Shown here: piece after piece, positions 8,580-17,359 of the stretch
Layout: each line of letters starts with the position of its first letter
Numbering within the stretch: position 1 is the first letter of the stretch
Assembly (NCBI GenBank): GCA_963783375.1
Contig: CAWANH010000029.1
Location: 868,981-932,980, forward strand
Source: Candidatus Eiseniibacteriota bacterium
GTDB lineage: Bacteria; Eisenbacteria; RBG-16-71-46; JABDJR01
Length of the DNA stretch: 64,000 bases
Direction: 5' to 3'
Translations under genes and position numbers: made by a program
The notes under the pieces: generated by a model
Database searches by the model: none
Told to the model about the DNA's origin: nothing
The model's input: the letters and a program-made list of their open reading frames with translations, nothing else

Positions 8580-8891
8580 TCAGCCCTCGATGCCGTCGAT
8601 ACGAATCTCGGTGTAGTCCTGGCGATGCCCCCACCGGCGGCGATACTTCCGGCGGCGCTTGAACTTGCCCGCCACGAGCTTGGGGGTGCGGGCATGCTCC
8701 ACGACCTGGGCGGAGACCGAGGCCCCCTCCACCGTCGGGGTACCCACCTTGACCGAGGTCCCGTCCTGGACCAGGAGGACCTCGTCGAGGGTCAGGGTGG
8801 CCCCTTCCTCGGCCTCGAGGAGGGGAACCCGGAGCACCTGGTCCTTTTCCACCCGGTACTGGAAACCGGCGACCTTGATGACTGCGAACAT
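8580..8891 (-). CDS. rplU: 50S ribosomal protein L21
   Basis: The true ATG is at 8891 (internal to track ORF 8580..9095). MFAVIKVAGFQYRVEKDQVLRVPLLEAEEGATLTLDEVLLVQDGTSVKVGTPTVEG... gives 103 aa. Confidence 0.9.
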   Translation of the reverse strand: MFAVIKVAGFQYRVEKDQVLRVPLLEAEEGATLTLDEVLLVQDGTSVKVGTPTVEGASVSAQVVEHARTPKLVAGKFKRRRKYRRRWGHRQDYTEIRIDGIEG

Positions 8892-9108
8892 GAAACAAGC
8901 CTCCTCAAACCCGGGTCGACCCGGGCCGATGGGCGAGACGCCCTGGGGTAAGGACAAAGCGGGGGGGATGATACCAGCCCCCCCGGGCCGGGTCAACGAT
9001 TTGGTCCGGACCGGTTCCGGCCGGGCTCCGGATCCCCGGTCCCGGTCGTAACCGACCGCCCGGCACCAGGGTCCGGCCCCCCGCCGGAACCCCACCCACG
9101 CCTCCGGC

Positions 9109-10695
9109 TCAGGGCCGGAAGCGCTCGGTCACGTCCTCGTTGGTCCGGGGGAAGATGACCTTGACCTCCCCCCGCTTCAGCCGGGGGTCGTCCCGGACGT
9201 CGATCTGGAACTTGAACTTCTGCTCCAGCCGGGCCAGCCGGTCCGCGCTTTCCGCGAACAGGTGCTGGGCCATCTCCGGCGATACCCGAAGCTCGATCAT
9301 CTTCTCCTGGGTGTTGACCCCGATCCGGTTCAGCAGGCGCTCGACCTTGAGCGCCACCGACTCCAGGCTCAGGACCTTGCCCAGCCCGGCGCAGCAGATG
9401 CAGTCGTTGGAGTAGTAGTGGAGAAGGCTCGGGCGTTCCCGCTGACGGGTCATCTCCACCAGCCCCAGATCCGACACCGCGAAGGTCTTGGTGCGGCTCC
9501 GGTCCCGCTTGAGGTTCTTCCGGAGCTCCTCCAGGACCGCCTTCTTGTTGGCCTCGGACTCCATGTCGATGAAGTCGAGGACGATGATCCCGCCGATGTC
9601 CCGGAGACGGAGCTGGCGGCCGATCTCCCGCGCCGCCTCGATGTTGGTCTTGAGGATGGTCTCTTCCTGGTTCTTCTTCCCCACGAACCGGCCGGTGTTG
9701 ACGTCGATGGCCACCAGGGCCTCGGCCTGATCGATCACGATGTAGCCGCCCCGCTTGAGCCACACCTTCCGCTCGAAGAGCTTGTCGATCTCGGATTCGA
9801 TGCGGAAGGCGTCGAAGATCGGGAGCTTCCCCCGGTACTGACGGACCCGGCTCACCAGGTCCGGAGAGACCGACTGGAGGTAGTCCCGCACCTCCTGGTA
9901 GACATCCGGCGAGTCCACCGCCACGTCGTCCACGTCCTCGGTGAGGATGTCGCGAATGAGCCCGGTGGCCAGGGAGAGTTCGCGGTGAATGAGGGCGGGA
10001 GACGGCGCCGCCGCGCACCGCCGCTCGATCTTCTTCCACTGCTTGACCAGGTACCCCACGTCCTCCCGGAACTCCTCCCGGGAGCGCCCCTCCCCCGCCG
10101 TCCGCACGATGAGGCCCGCGTTCTTGGGGCGGATGTCCTTCAGGATCTTCTTCAGGCGGTACCGCTCGTCCCGGCTGGGGATCTTGCGGGAAACCCCGAT
10201 GTGGTCGGCGCCGGGCATGAACACCACGTAGCGGCCGGGGAGGCTCACCTGCTGGCTCACCCGGGGGCCCTTGGTGGAGATGGGCTCCTTGGTGACCTGG
10301 ACCACGACCTCCTGGGATTTCTGGAGATGGTCCTCGATCTTGGGGGCGCTTTCGCGCCGGGGCTTTCGACGGGGGGATCGTCCCCCGCGGCCGCCGCGGG
10401 CCGGCGCTCCTCCTCCGCTCTCCGGCTCGTCGTCGTCGTCGAGGAGATCCACGTCGCCCCCCACCAGGGAGGCGGCGAGGTCGGAGGCGTGGAGAAACGC
10501 GGTCTTGGCCAGGCCGATCTCCACGAAGGCGGCCTGCATGCCGGGAAGGACGGCGTTCACCTTCCCCTTGTAGATGTCCCCCACGATGCGGCGGTCATCG
10601 GGCCGCTCCACCAGGAGCTCCACGAGCTGCTTGTCTTCCAGGATCGCCACCCGGGTTTCCTTCGGGTCGGCGTTGATAATGATCGACTTCTGCAT
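9109..10695 (-). CDS. rng: ribonuclease E/G family protein (Rne/Rng/CafA-like)
   Basis: The start at 10695 gives MQKSIIINADPKETRVAILEDKQLVELLVERPDDRRIVGDIYKGKVNAVLPGMQAAFVEIGLAKTAFLH (S1 domain). The catalytic DNase-I-like and RNase-H-like regions follow. The protein is 529 aa with an acidic/Arg-rich insertion. Confidence 0.85.
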   Translation of the reverse strand: MQKSIIINADPKETRVAILEDKQLVELLVERPDDRRIVGDIYKGKVNAVLPGMQAAFVEIGLAKTAFLHASDLAASLVGGDVDLLDDDDEPESGGGAPARGGRGGRSPRRKPRRESAPKIEDHLQKSQEVVVQVTKEPISTKGPRVSQQVSLPGRYVVFMPGADHIGVSRKIPSRDERYRLKKILKDIRPKNAGLIVRTAGEGRSREEFREDVGYLVKQWKKIERRCAAAPSPALIHRELSLATGLIRDILTEDVDDVAVDSPDVYQEVRDYLQSVSPDLVSRVRQYRGKLPIFDAFRIESEIDKLFERKVWLKRGGYIVIDQAEALVAIDVNTGRFVGKKNQEETILKTNIEAAREIGRQLRLRDIGGIIVLDFIDMESEANKKAVLEELRKNLKRDRSRTKTFAVSDLGLVEMTRQRERPSLLHYYSNDCICCAGLGKVLSLESVALKVERLLNRIGVNTQEKMIELRVSPEMAQHLFAESADRLARLEQKFKFQIDVRDDPRLKRGEVKVIFPRTNEDVTERFRP

Positions 10696-10702
10696 CGAAT
10701 CC

Positions 10703-13309
10703 TCATGAGACCGCGCCCCCCTTTCGGGCCGTTTGCTGCCACCACGCGAAACCGGACGCAACGACGGCGAGCGGGTCGAGAACCTGGTTCCGACCGGGAA
10801 TCATGAGACCGCTCCGGTGAACCCGCAGCAGCCGCTCGTCGAAGTCCGCCCAATTGCAGAGGACGGTGGTGAGAAGTTCGGGGCGCACGCTGTCGGGGCG
10901 GTTCAGGGCGAGGGTCAGACCCAACCGGGGGCCCCCTTCCTCTCCGCGCTCGACCACGGCCCGAATCAGGGACGGTCTGGCATTGAATGTCCGTGAATCC
11001 TCGCCCCGCACCTTGGTCACCTCGATGACCTTCGCGGCCAGTGCCCGGTCCACGCTCTCGCGCAGCCGGGTCTCCAGCTCCCCGGGGGACATGCCCCCGA
11101 ATTGGTCCCGGACCAGGGTGGCGGGGAACGAAACTTCGTAAACTGCTATCTGGATCGCGCTGTTCAGCGAATCCGGCTCGGTGCGAATGGGGGCCTGTGC
11201 CGTCACCTGGAGCCCGGCGGGAAGCGCCTGATTGAAAAGGGTGACAAAGGACTCCGGCACATCCCGGGCGAAGGCGACGTCGAAGTATTCCGCGTCGCTG
11301 GTCATGCCGAGGGGTAGGGGGGGACCGAAGGAGAGCTTCGGCCTCCGTCCCTTGCCCTGGGACACGGCCAGCGGAAGCTGGGTCCGCCTAAACGCACGCT
11401 CAAGAGAGCGGGTCACATCCAGATGGGCGGTGAACCGCGCGGGTTCGCCTTTGGAGAAGCGCAGGCGGTATCTCTCCGCCTGACGGGCTTCCCGCCCTCT
11501 GCCCGCCCGCCGGGGACGCCGGCCCGCCGTCCAGGCGGGCGCGTCGAACCCCGGGGTGGACGCGCCGGCGCCGGTGGACCCGGCCCGGGCGTCCGTCCGC
11601 TTCGAGGATTCCCCTCCCCCGTTACCGAGGGGCGGGGACTCGAGCACGACGTGAGACCAGGGAGTAGGTTGGAGGTCGTCGGGAGGAAAGCCGGCGACCC
11701 CGAGGGCGGTCATCGCCTCTTCCCACCGCGACGCCGAGAACGCGTCGGGATCGGACTGGCGGCGCGCCCCCTGGCGCGACACCTGATCCAACACCGCGGC
11801 CGCCCGTTCGTCGCTCCGGAGGAGCAACGCCTCCACCCGGGCCGCCCGGGGGGAGCGAACGGAGACCTTGACCTTCCGCCGCGCCAGGCGGCGGCGCCAT
11901 CCTTCGACGACGGCCAGGCATGCGTCCTCGTCGGTGGAAGCCTCCAACTCCCACCGGGTGTGCGGGCGGGGAACGAAGGGAACGACCTCCACGCTCAGCC
12001 GCGGGGCGCCGCCCTGCGGCGTCCGAATGGACTGAATCGCTTCCATCGTCTCCAACCATTCCTCGCGATCGTCCTCGGTCTCCCCGGGAAGGCCCAGGAG
12101 GACCTGGAGTCGGATGGCCGACCACCCGCCCCGCCACGCGGTCTGGACGGCCTCGAACAGCCGCTCCTTGGTGAGCGGCCGGCCGATCATCTCGCGGAGA
12201 CGGGCGGAGGGAGCCATGGGCTCGAACGTGAACCGGGCGCGGCGCCCCTTGCGAAGCTCGCGGGCCAGGGCGGGAGCCACCCGGGTCGGGTCCACGTCTT
12301 CCAGCCGGAACTGGACGCCGTACGGTCCAAACCTCTGGTTCATCGCTTCGAGGAGCGGCACGATCTCGGGATGGCGGCTCCCCGCCGCCGAGGCCAGAAC
12401 CACCGCTCCGTGCCCGCTCGCCGCCAGCGCGGCCTCGGTTTCGCGAAGCACGCGTTCCAACGAGCGCACGCGGAGCAAGGCGGGCGCCGAGGCCGGATCG
12501 TCCACCCCCCGGTGGCGGGCGATCTCCACCACCAGTCCCTCCGCTTCGGTTTCCGCGAAGGGGACGATGGGGGCATCGGAAATCGGGGGAAGGTGGGCGA
12601 GCCAGCGGGCGCGCACCGGGGCTCCGTCCCCGTTTCCGTTCCGGTGTTCGGCCGCCGAGGCCCCGGTCTTGATCTCCGGGACCAGGATCCCGTCCCGGCC
12701 CTCGAAGAGCGCCCGGAGTTCGCTCCGGGTGCGATCGCCGCGGCGGCGGAGTTCCCGCCCCACCTCGAGCAGATCCGCGGCGAAGGCCTCGGGATCCCCG
12801 ACCAGGAAGGCATCCACCCAGGGCGCGGCGGGCCGGGGGGTGAGCGAGAGTTCCCCCGCCATCACCACGAGGGGATCCCCGGCGGACCGGAGAGCCGAAC
12901 GGAGCTCCACCCCCGCCAGATCCAGCATGGCCGCCAGGTCGGGAAGGTCCAGCACGCCGTCGGGAAGGGCGATCAGAAGATCGTAGTCCGCCAGCGGGCG
13001 CCGGGCTCCCAATCCGAAGAGCGGCACCCCCTGGCGCCGGAGCTCCGCTTCGAAGTCCGGGGCGGGGGCGAACGCGAGGTCCACCAGCACCTGGTCGGGC
13101 TCTCCCGCACCCCGCAGCGCATCGAGCAAACCGGGCACGCGCGCCCGGCCCAGGCCGGACTCGAGGGGACCGGGATAGACCAGACAGACCCGCACGCCGG
13201 CTCGATCGAAGTCGGGAAGGCGGCCGTGGGCGAAAGGGTTTTGGTACCGGTTCGGCTTGGAGACCAGGGGGAGGACACATTCCTCCAACCGGTCCGTTAC
13301 GAGTTCCAT
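10703..13309 (-). CDS. radical-SAM-like protein (TIGR03960 family architecture) fused to a DUF2344/TIGR03936 domain; the canonical CX3CX2C Fe-S motif is absent
   Basis: The N-terminus (MELVTDRLEECVLPLVSKPNRYQNPF...VRVCLVYPGPLESGLG) matches the B12-binding-like start of TIGR03960. At the position where homologs carry ...EVFRGCTRGCRFCQAG, this protein reads ...VVEIARHRGVDDPASAP. It has only 4 Cys in total and none in a CxxxCxxC arrangement in any frame. The C-terminal third (RYRLRFSKGEPARFTAHLDVTRSLERAFRRTQLPLAVSQGKGRRPKLSFGPPLPLGMTSDAEY) matches DUF2344. Confidence 0.8.
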   Translation of the reverse strand: MELVTDRLEECVLPLVSKPNRYQNPFAHGRLPDFDRAGVRVCLVYPGPLESGLGRARVPGLLDALRGAGEPDQVLVDLAFAPAPDFEAELRRQGVPLFGLGARRPLADYDLLIALPDGVLDLPDLAAMLDLAGVELRSALRSAGDPLVVMAGELSLTPRPAAPWVDAFLVGDPEAFAADLLEVGRELRRRGDRTRSELRALFEGRDGILVPEIKTGASAAEHRNGNGDGAPVRARWLAHLPPISDAPIVPFAETEAEGLVVEIARHRGVDDPASAPALLRVRSLERVLRETEAALAASGHGAVVLASAAGSRHPEIVPLLEAMNQRFGPYGVQFRLEDVDPTRVAPALARELRKGRRARFTFEPMAPSARLREMIGRPLTKERLFEAVQTAWRGGWSAIRLQVLLGLPGETEDDREEWLETMEAIQSIRTPQGGAPRLSVEVVPFVPRPHTRWELEASTDEDACLAVVEGWRRRLARRKVKVSVRSPRAARVEALLLRSDERAAAVLDQVSRQGARRQSDPDAFSASRWEEAMTALGVAGFPPDDLQPTPWSHVVLESPPLGNGGGESSKRTDARAGSTGAGASTPGFDAPAWTAGRRPRRAGRGREARQAERYRLRFSKGEPARFTAHLDVTRSLERAFRRTQLPLAVSQGKGRRPKLSFGPPLPLGMTSDAEYFDVAFARDVPESFVTLFNQALPAGLQVTAQAPIRTEPDSLNSAIQIAVYEVSFPATLVRDQFGGMSPGELETRLRESVDRALAAKVIEVTKVRGEDSRTFNARPSLIRAVVERGEEGGPRLGLTLALNRPDSVRPELLTTVLCNWADFDERLLRVHRSGLMIPGRNQVLDPLAVVASGFAWWQQTARKGGAVS

Positions 13310-13601
13310 ATGTCTTTATGATCCAACAGGATAAGGCCGTTCGAGACCCGGGGTGCACACGGCCGCTGGTCCCGTGACGGGACCCTGCCGACGGGAACCC
13401 TCGAAGAGGGCCGATTTGCCGCAGTCGTGCAAACTATCATGAGGGTTGTAATTCCCTCAACGGCTTTCCCGCCGGGAACCCGTGGAAACACGGGACGCGG
13501 TCCGAACGGGGTTCGCGACCGGCCCGCCGGGGGGGGCGATCTTCCCACGAACGGACGCGGATGTCACCACGGGATATGAAGTTGGAGAATTTTCTCCCGC
13601 C

Positions 13602-14348
13602 TCAGGCCAGGGCCAGGGCCACCGGAACCACCCGCGTCGCCCCCGCCGCCTCCAGGGCCCGGGCCGCGGCAAGCAGGGTGGAGCCGGTAGTGGCCACGTC
13701 GTCCACCAGGACCCAGCTTCGCCCGGTGATCCAGGCCCCTTCCCGACTCGCGAAGGCGCCGGCCACGTTCCCCGCACGGCTCGATTCGGGGAGGCGGGCC
13801 TGGGCCCGGGTGGCCCGGGCGCGGCGGAGCGCTTCCGGGACCGGCGGGCACGCCCATCGAGGCGCCGCCGCCCCGGCCAGGAGCCCGGCCTGGTTGTACC
13901 CCCGGGCCCGAAGCCGGGTGCGATGAAGCGGCACCGCGGTGAGGCAGGCCCCGGCGAGGCCCGGGTCCACCCGACCGGCCAGGATCCGTCCCAGGGGCCG
14001 GGCGAGATCCCGCCGGCCGTGATACTTGAGGCCGTGCACCAGGGCGTCGAGGGGCGGCTCCATCCAGTAGGCGGCCCGGCCCCGCAGGCGGTCGTGCCCG
14101 GGACGCCGGCACGCGTACCCGGCCTCCCGGTCTCCCCCGGGACGCTCCTCGCTCCGGCAGGCGAAGCAGATCCAGCCCGGCGGCGCGGGCCGGAGGGCGC
14201 GCCGGCACCGCCCGCAGATCCAGCGCCGCGGGCCGATCTCCTCGCCGCAGCCCGGACAGAGGGGGGGAAGCAGGGTGTCGAGGAGGAGGCGCGCGGCGGC
14301 GCGGGCGGAACCGGGAAGGCGGCGTCCGGCTCGTTGCAGTGGATTCAC
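13602..14348 (-). CDS. comF: ComF family protein (double zinc ribbon + phosphoribosyltransferase domain)
   Basis: Sequence ...LLPPLCPGCGEEIGPRRWICGRCRR...GWICFACRSE...VLVDDVATTGSTLLAAARALEAAGA is ComF-like. A GTG start at 14348 is proposed; the track ORF begins further upstream with low-complexity sequence. Confidence 0.7.
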   Translation of the reverse strand: MNPLQRAGRRLPGSARAAARLLLDTLLPPLCPGCGEEIGPRRWICGRCRRALRPAPPGWICFACRSEERPGGDREAGYACRRPGHDRLRGRAAYWMEPPLDALVHGLKYHGRRDLARPLGRILAGRVDPGLAGACLTAVPLHRTRLRARGYNQAGLLAGAAAPRWACPPVPEALRRARATRAQARLPESSRAGNVAGAFASREGAWITGRSWVLVDDVATTGSTLLAAARALEAAGATRVVPVALALA

Positions 14349-14460
14349 GATGACCGCTCGATCCGGCGGGGTATTCGGCGGGGTGTTCAGTGTAGCGCAC
14401 CCCGGCGGGGGCGGCGGGGTGTCCCCATGCGAGCCCCATCTGCTCCCTCTCCGGCCGCGA

Positions 14461-16080
14461 TCATTCCTTCCGGAGGAACACCACCACGTGGAAGTTCCGT
14501 TCCCTCCCCGCCACAAGCTCCATCAGCCGCTCGTAGTGCGGGTCGTTCCGGAGCAGGGTGTCGGGCACGTCTCCCCAGAGCCGCGGCCCGTAGTGGTTCT
14601 CCCACAGCACCACGCTCCCCGGCCGGGCCCCGGCCAGATTCGCCCGGGTGAGCTTCGGGGTCCGGGTGGCATCGTAGCGGTCGCGACCGGAGAAGAAGGC
14701 GAACCAGGGATGGTTGGTGTAGACCACGGCGTTCCCCAGGCCGAGCCGGTCGATCTGCTCGGTGGCCGCCTTCACCGCCGCGCGCTCGGGATCGAGGCCG
14801 ATGGGGCGGACGGTGAGAAGCGCCAGCGCCGCCGCTCCCACCCCCGCGGCTATTGCCACCCGGCGCGGGGGAACGAGCCGCGGCCGGAACAGCACGAGCA
14901 CCCCGCCCGCGGCGAGGAGCGCGGTCACCACCCAGCGCCATTCCACCCGTCCCGGCCCGATGAAGGACTCCCCCACCAGGACGTGCGAGCCGAAGAGCGC
15001 CACCACCGCGGTCCAGGCCAGCGCGAAACCGATTCGTAGTCCCAGGGGGCGCGGCCGAAGCCCGGACCAGTCCCCGGCCCCACGGGCGGCCACCAGCGCC
15101 ACCGCCGGGGCTACCACCGCGATGTGACGGAGAAACCCGACGCTCCGCCCGAAGGGAAGCTTGTCCCAGGCCAGGAGGCTCAGGAGAACCACGTCCACCA
15201 CCACCAGGACCACGGCCAGGACCGGAAGGCGCGCCGGAGCCTCGGACGAGGCGGGCGCCCGGTTCCCGGAGCGAAGCGCCGCCGCCAGGGCCCACAGGAA
15301 GAAGAAGAGGACCACCGCCCCGATCACCACCACCCCGTTCCGAACGTACTGGAGCGGCCCCAGGCTCACCAGCGGACGCTCGTTCCCCGCCCCCAGCACA
15401 TAGAGCGGCGACCCGTGGAGCGCCCAGCCCGCCACCGCCCAGACGGCGCCCGGGAAGAAGGCCCCCAGCCGCGCCTTCCATCCCACCCGGGGCCACGCCG
15501 CGGCCAGGACCACCAGGGTGAGCACGCCGGCCTCGATCCGGGCCAGGGGAAGGAGCCCGGCCAGAAGCACCGCCCGGTCGCGCCGCCCCGCGTACCACGC
15601 CCAGAGAAGGGCCGCCATCACCAGCGCGGCCATCGGCTCCGCCAATCCCCCGTAGGAGGTTTCGAGGACCAGCGGCTGGAAGAAGAAGAACGGCACCGCG
15701 AGCCAGGGGAAGGCCACCCCCGCCGCCTCGGCGGCCAGGCCGGCCAGGGCCGCCGCCCCCGCCACCGCCACCGCGGTGGTCGCCTCCACCCCCGCATAGC
15801 CGAAGAGGCGGGCGGGAAGCGCGAACAGCGCCAGGGGGACCGGCATCCCCCAGTCGTCGGCGAGGAGCGAGGGGTCCTTCCAGACCTGGCGGGCCATGTA
15901 GTAGCGATCGATGTCGTCGTCCTGGTAGGTGCCGGGGGAACGGGCGGCGTAGACCAGGGCCACGGCCAGGCAGAGAAGGGCGAGGGCGAGGATCGCGCGC
16001 CGGGACCGCCCGGAGCCGGCCTTCCGGCGCGTTCCGCTCCCGGACCGCGGCGCGCGCCGCCCGAGGCCCCGGTTCCCCAT
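14461..16080 (-). CDS. polytopic membrane protein, putative GT-C superfamily glycosyltransferase (ArnT/PMT-like)
   Basis: The protein is 539 aa with more than 10 predicted TM helices. Its N-terminal region (DDIDRYYMARQVWKDPSLLADDWGMPVPL) resembles GT39/GT83 family starts. The stop overlaps the rodA start. Confidence 0.65.
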   Translation of the reverse strand: MGNRGLGRRAPRSGSGTRRKAGSGRSRRAILALALLCLAVALVYAARSPGTYQDDDIDRYYMARQVWKDPSLLADDWGMPVPLALFALPARLFGYAGVEATTAVAVAGAAALAGLAAEAAGVAFPWLAVPFFFFQPLVLETSYGGLAEPMAALVMAALLWAWYAGRRDRAVLLAGLLPLARIEAGVLTLVVLAAAWPRVGWKARLGAFFPGAVWAVAGWALHGSPLYVLGAGNERPLVSLGPLQYVRNGVVVIGAVVLFFFLWALAAALRSGNRAPASSEAPARLPVLAVVLVVVDVVLLSLLAWDKLPFGRSVGFLRHIAVVAPAVALVAARGAGDWSGLRPRPLGLRIGFALAWTAVVALFGSHVLVGESFIGPGRVEWRWVVTALLAAGGVLVLFRPRLVPPRRVAIAAGVGAAALALLTVRPIGLDPERAAVKAATEQIDRLGLGNAVVYTNHPWFAFFSGRDRYDATRTPKLTRANLAGARPGSVVLWENHYGPRLWGDVPDTLLRNDPHYERLMELVAGRERNFHVVVFLRKE

Positions 16081-16083
16081 CTC

Positions 16084-17307
16084 CTACACCTCGTTCCGGC
16101 GCAGGGAGACGTTCAAGATGAACCCCATGAGGGCGAGGGTGGTGACCAGGAAGGTGCCTCCGTAGGAGAGAAAGGGCAGGGGAAGGCCGGTCACCGGGGC
16201 CAGACCCAGGGTCATGCTCACGTTCACCGCCACGTGGAAGACCAGCATGCCGCAGATCCCCACCACCAGGGTGCTCCCGAACCGGCTTCGCGCCTTGAGC
16301 GCGATCCCCAGTCCCCGGTGGACCAGCACCCCGAACAGGAGGAGCACCACCCCGCAGCCGACAAATCCCCATTCCTCGCCAAGAACGGAAAAAATAAAGT
16401 CGGTATGGTTTTGAGGAAGGAAGCCCAGGCCCTTCTGGGTCCCCTTCAGGTATCCCTGCCCGGTCACCCCTCCCGATCCGATGGCGATCTTGGACTGGAT
16501 GACCTGGTAGCCCGACTGGGCCCGGTCCTGCTCGGGGTTCAGGAAGGTCACCACCCGCTGGCGCTGGTAGGGCTTGAGCGAGTTCCACAGGATCGGGGTG
16601 GCCGCGGCCACCGCCATGTTGATGGCCAGCACCGCCACCACCAGGTTCCGCCGGGCCCGGGAGAGGAGGAGGATCACCCCCACCACCAGGAGGTACAGGA
16701 GCCAGGCCCAGAGATTCAGGGAGAGGATCGCGCTCAGGAGCGGCGATCCCAATACCAGGATCACCCCGATGGGGAGCCCGGCCCAGAACAGCATGGGGAC
16801 CACCGCGGCGGGGATGCTGAGCGAGGTCCCGAGATCGGGCTCGATGAGGATGAGCACGAAGGGAACGGCGGCGGCGGCGAGAACCGGCGCCATGTGGGTG
16901 AGCCGGCGGAGGTCGAAGCGGGGCCGGCTCAGCATGCGGGCCACGAGGAGAATGGTGGCCAGCTTGGCCAGCTCCGAGGGCTGGAACTGGAATCCCGCGA
17001 GGGAGAGCCAGCGGCGCGCCCCCAGGCTCGTCACCCCCACGACCGGCACCGCCAGAAGCAACACCAGGGACACCGCGTAGAAGAAGTGGCTGTATTCCTC
17101 CCAGAACCGGAACGGGATGGCGGTGACGACAAACAGGACGAGGAGCCCCATACCGAGCCAGGTGATCTGATGGCCGAAGAGCGCCGACTTGGCCGGGCTC
17201 ATCGGCACCTGGCTGGCCGAATACACCAGGACCAGCCCGATGACCAGGAGGGTGGCCATGGTGATGACGAAGCCCCAGTCCATCTGGCGAACCGCGCGGC
17301 GGTTCAT
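16084..17307 (-). CDS. rodA: rod shape-determining protein RodA (SEDS family peptidoglycan glycosyltransferase)
   Basis: Start at 17307 gives MNRRAVRQMDWGFVITMATLLVIGLVLVYSAS.... The conserved SEDS C-terminus (GLPLPFLSYGGTFLV) is present. The gene is immediately downstream of mrdA. Confidence 0.88.
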   Translation of the reverse strand: MNRRAVRQMDWGFVITMATLLVIGLVLVYSASQVPMSPAKSALFGHQITWLGMGLLVLFVVTAIPFRFWEEYSHFFYAVSLVLLLAVPVVGVTSLGARRWLSLAGFQFQPSELAKLATILLVARMLSRPRFDLRRLTHMAPVLAAAAVPFVLILIEPDLGTSLSIPAAVVPMLFWAGLPIGVILVLGSPLLSAILSLNLWAWLLYLLVVGVILLLSRARRNLVVAVLAINMAVAAATPILWNSLKPYQRQRVVTFLNPEQDRAQSGYQVIQSKIAIGSGGVTGQGYLKGTQKGLGFLPQNHTDFIFSVLGEEWGFVGCGVVLLLFGVLVHRGLGIALKARSRFGSTLVVGICGMLVFHVAVNVSMTLGLAPVTGLPLPFLSYGGTFLVTTLALMGFILNVSLRRNEV

Positions 17308-17359
17308 CTCCGCCTCCCGCGCGCCGCCCGACCGGGGACGGCATCGAATCCGTGTCGCA

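Noticed and set aside
12490-12530. Possibility that the missing CxxxCxxC in the radical-SAM-like protein is a homopolymer sequencing artefact (a C6 run is nearby)
   Set aside because: Translating the +1 and +2 frames around the site gives no CxxxCxxC-containing peptide, and the main frame stays homologous on both sides. The loss therefore appears genuine in this sequence.
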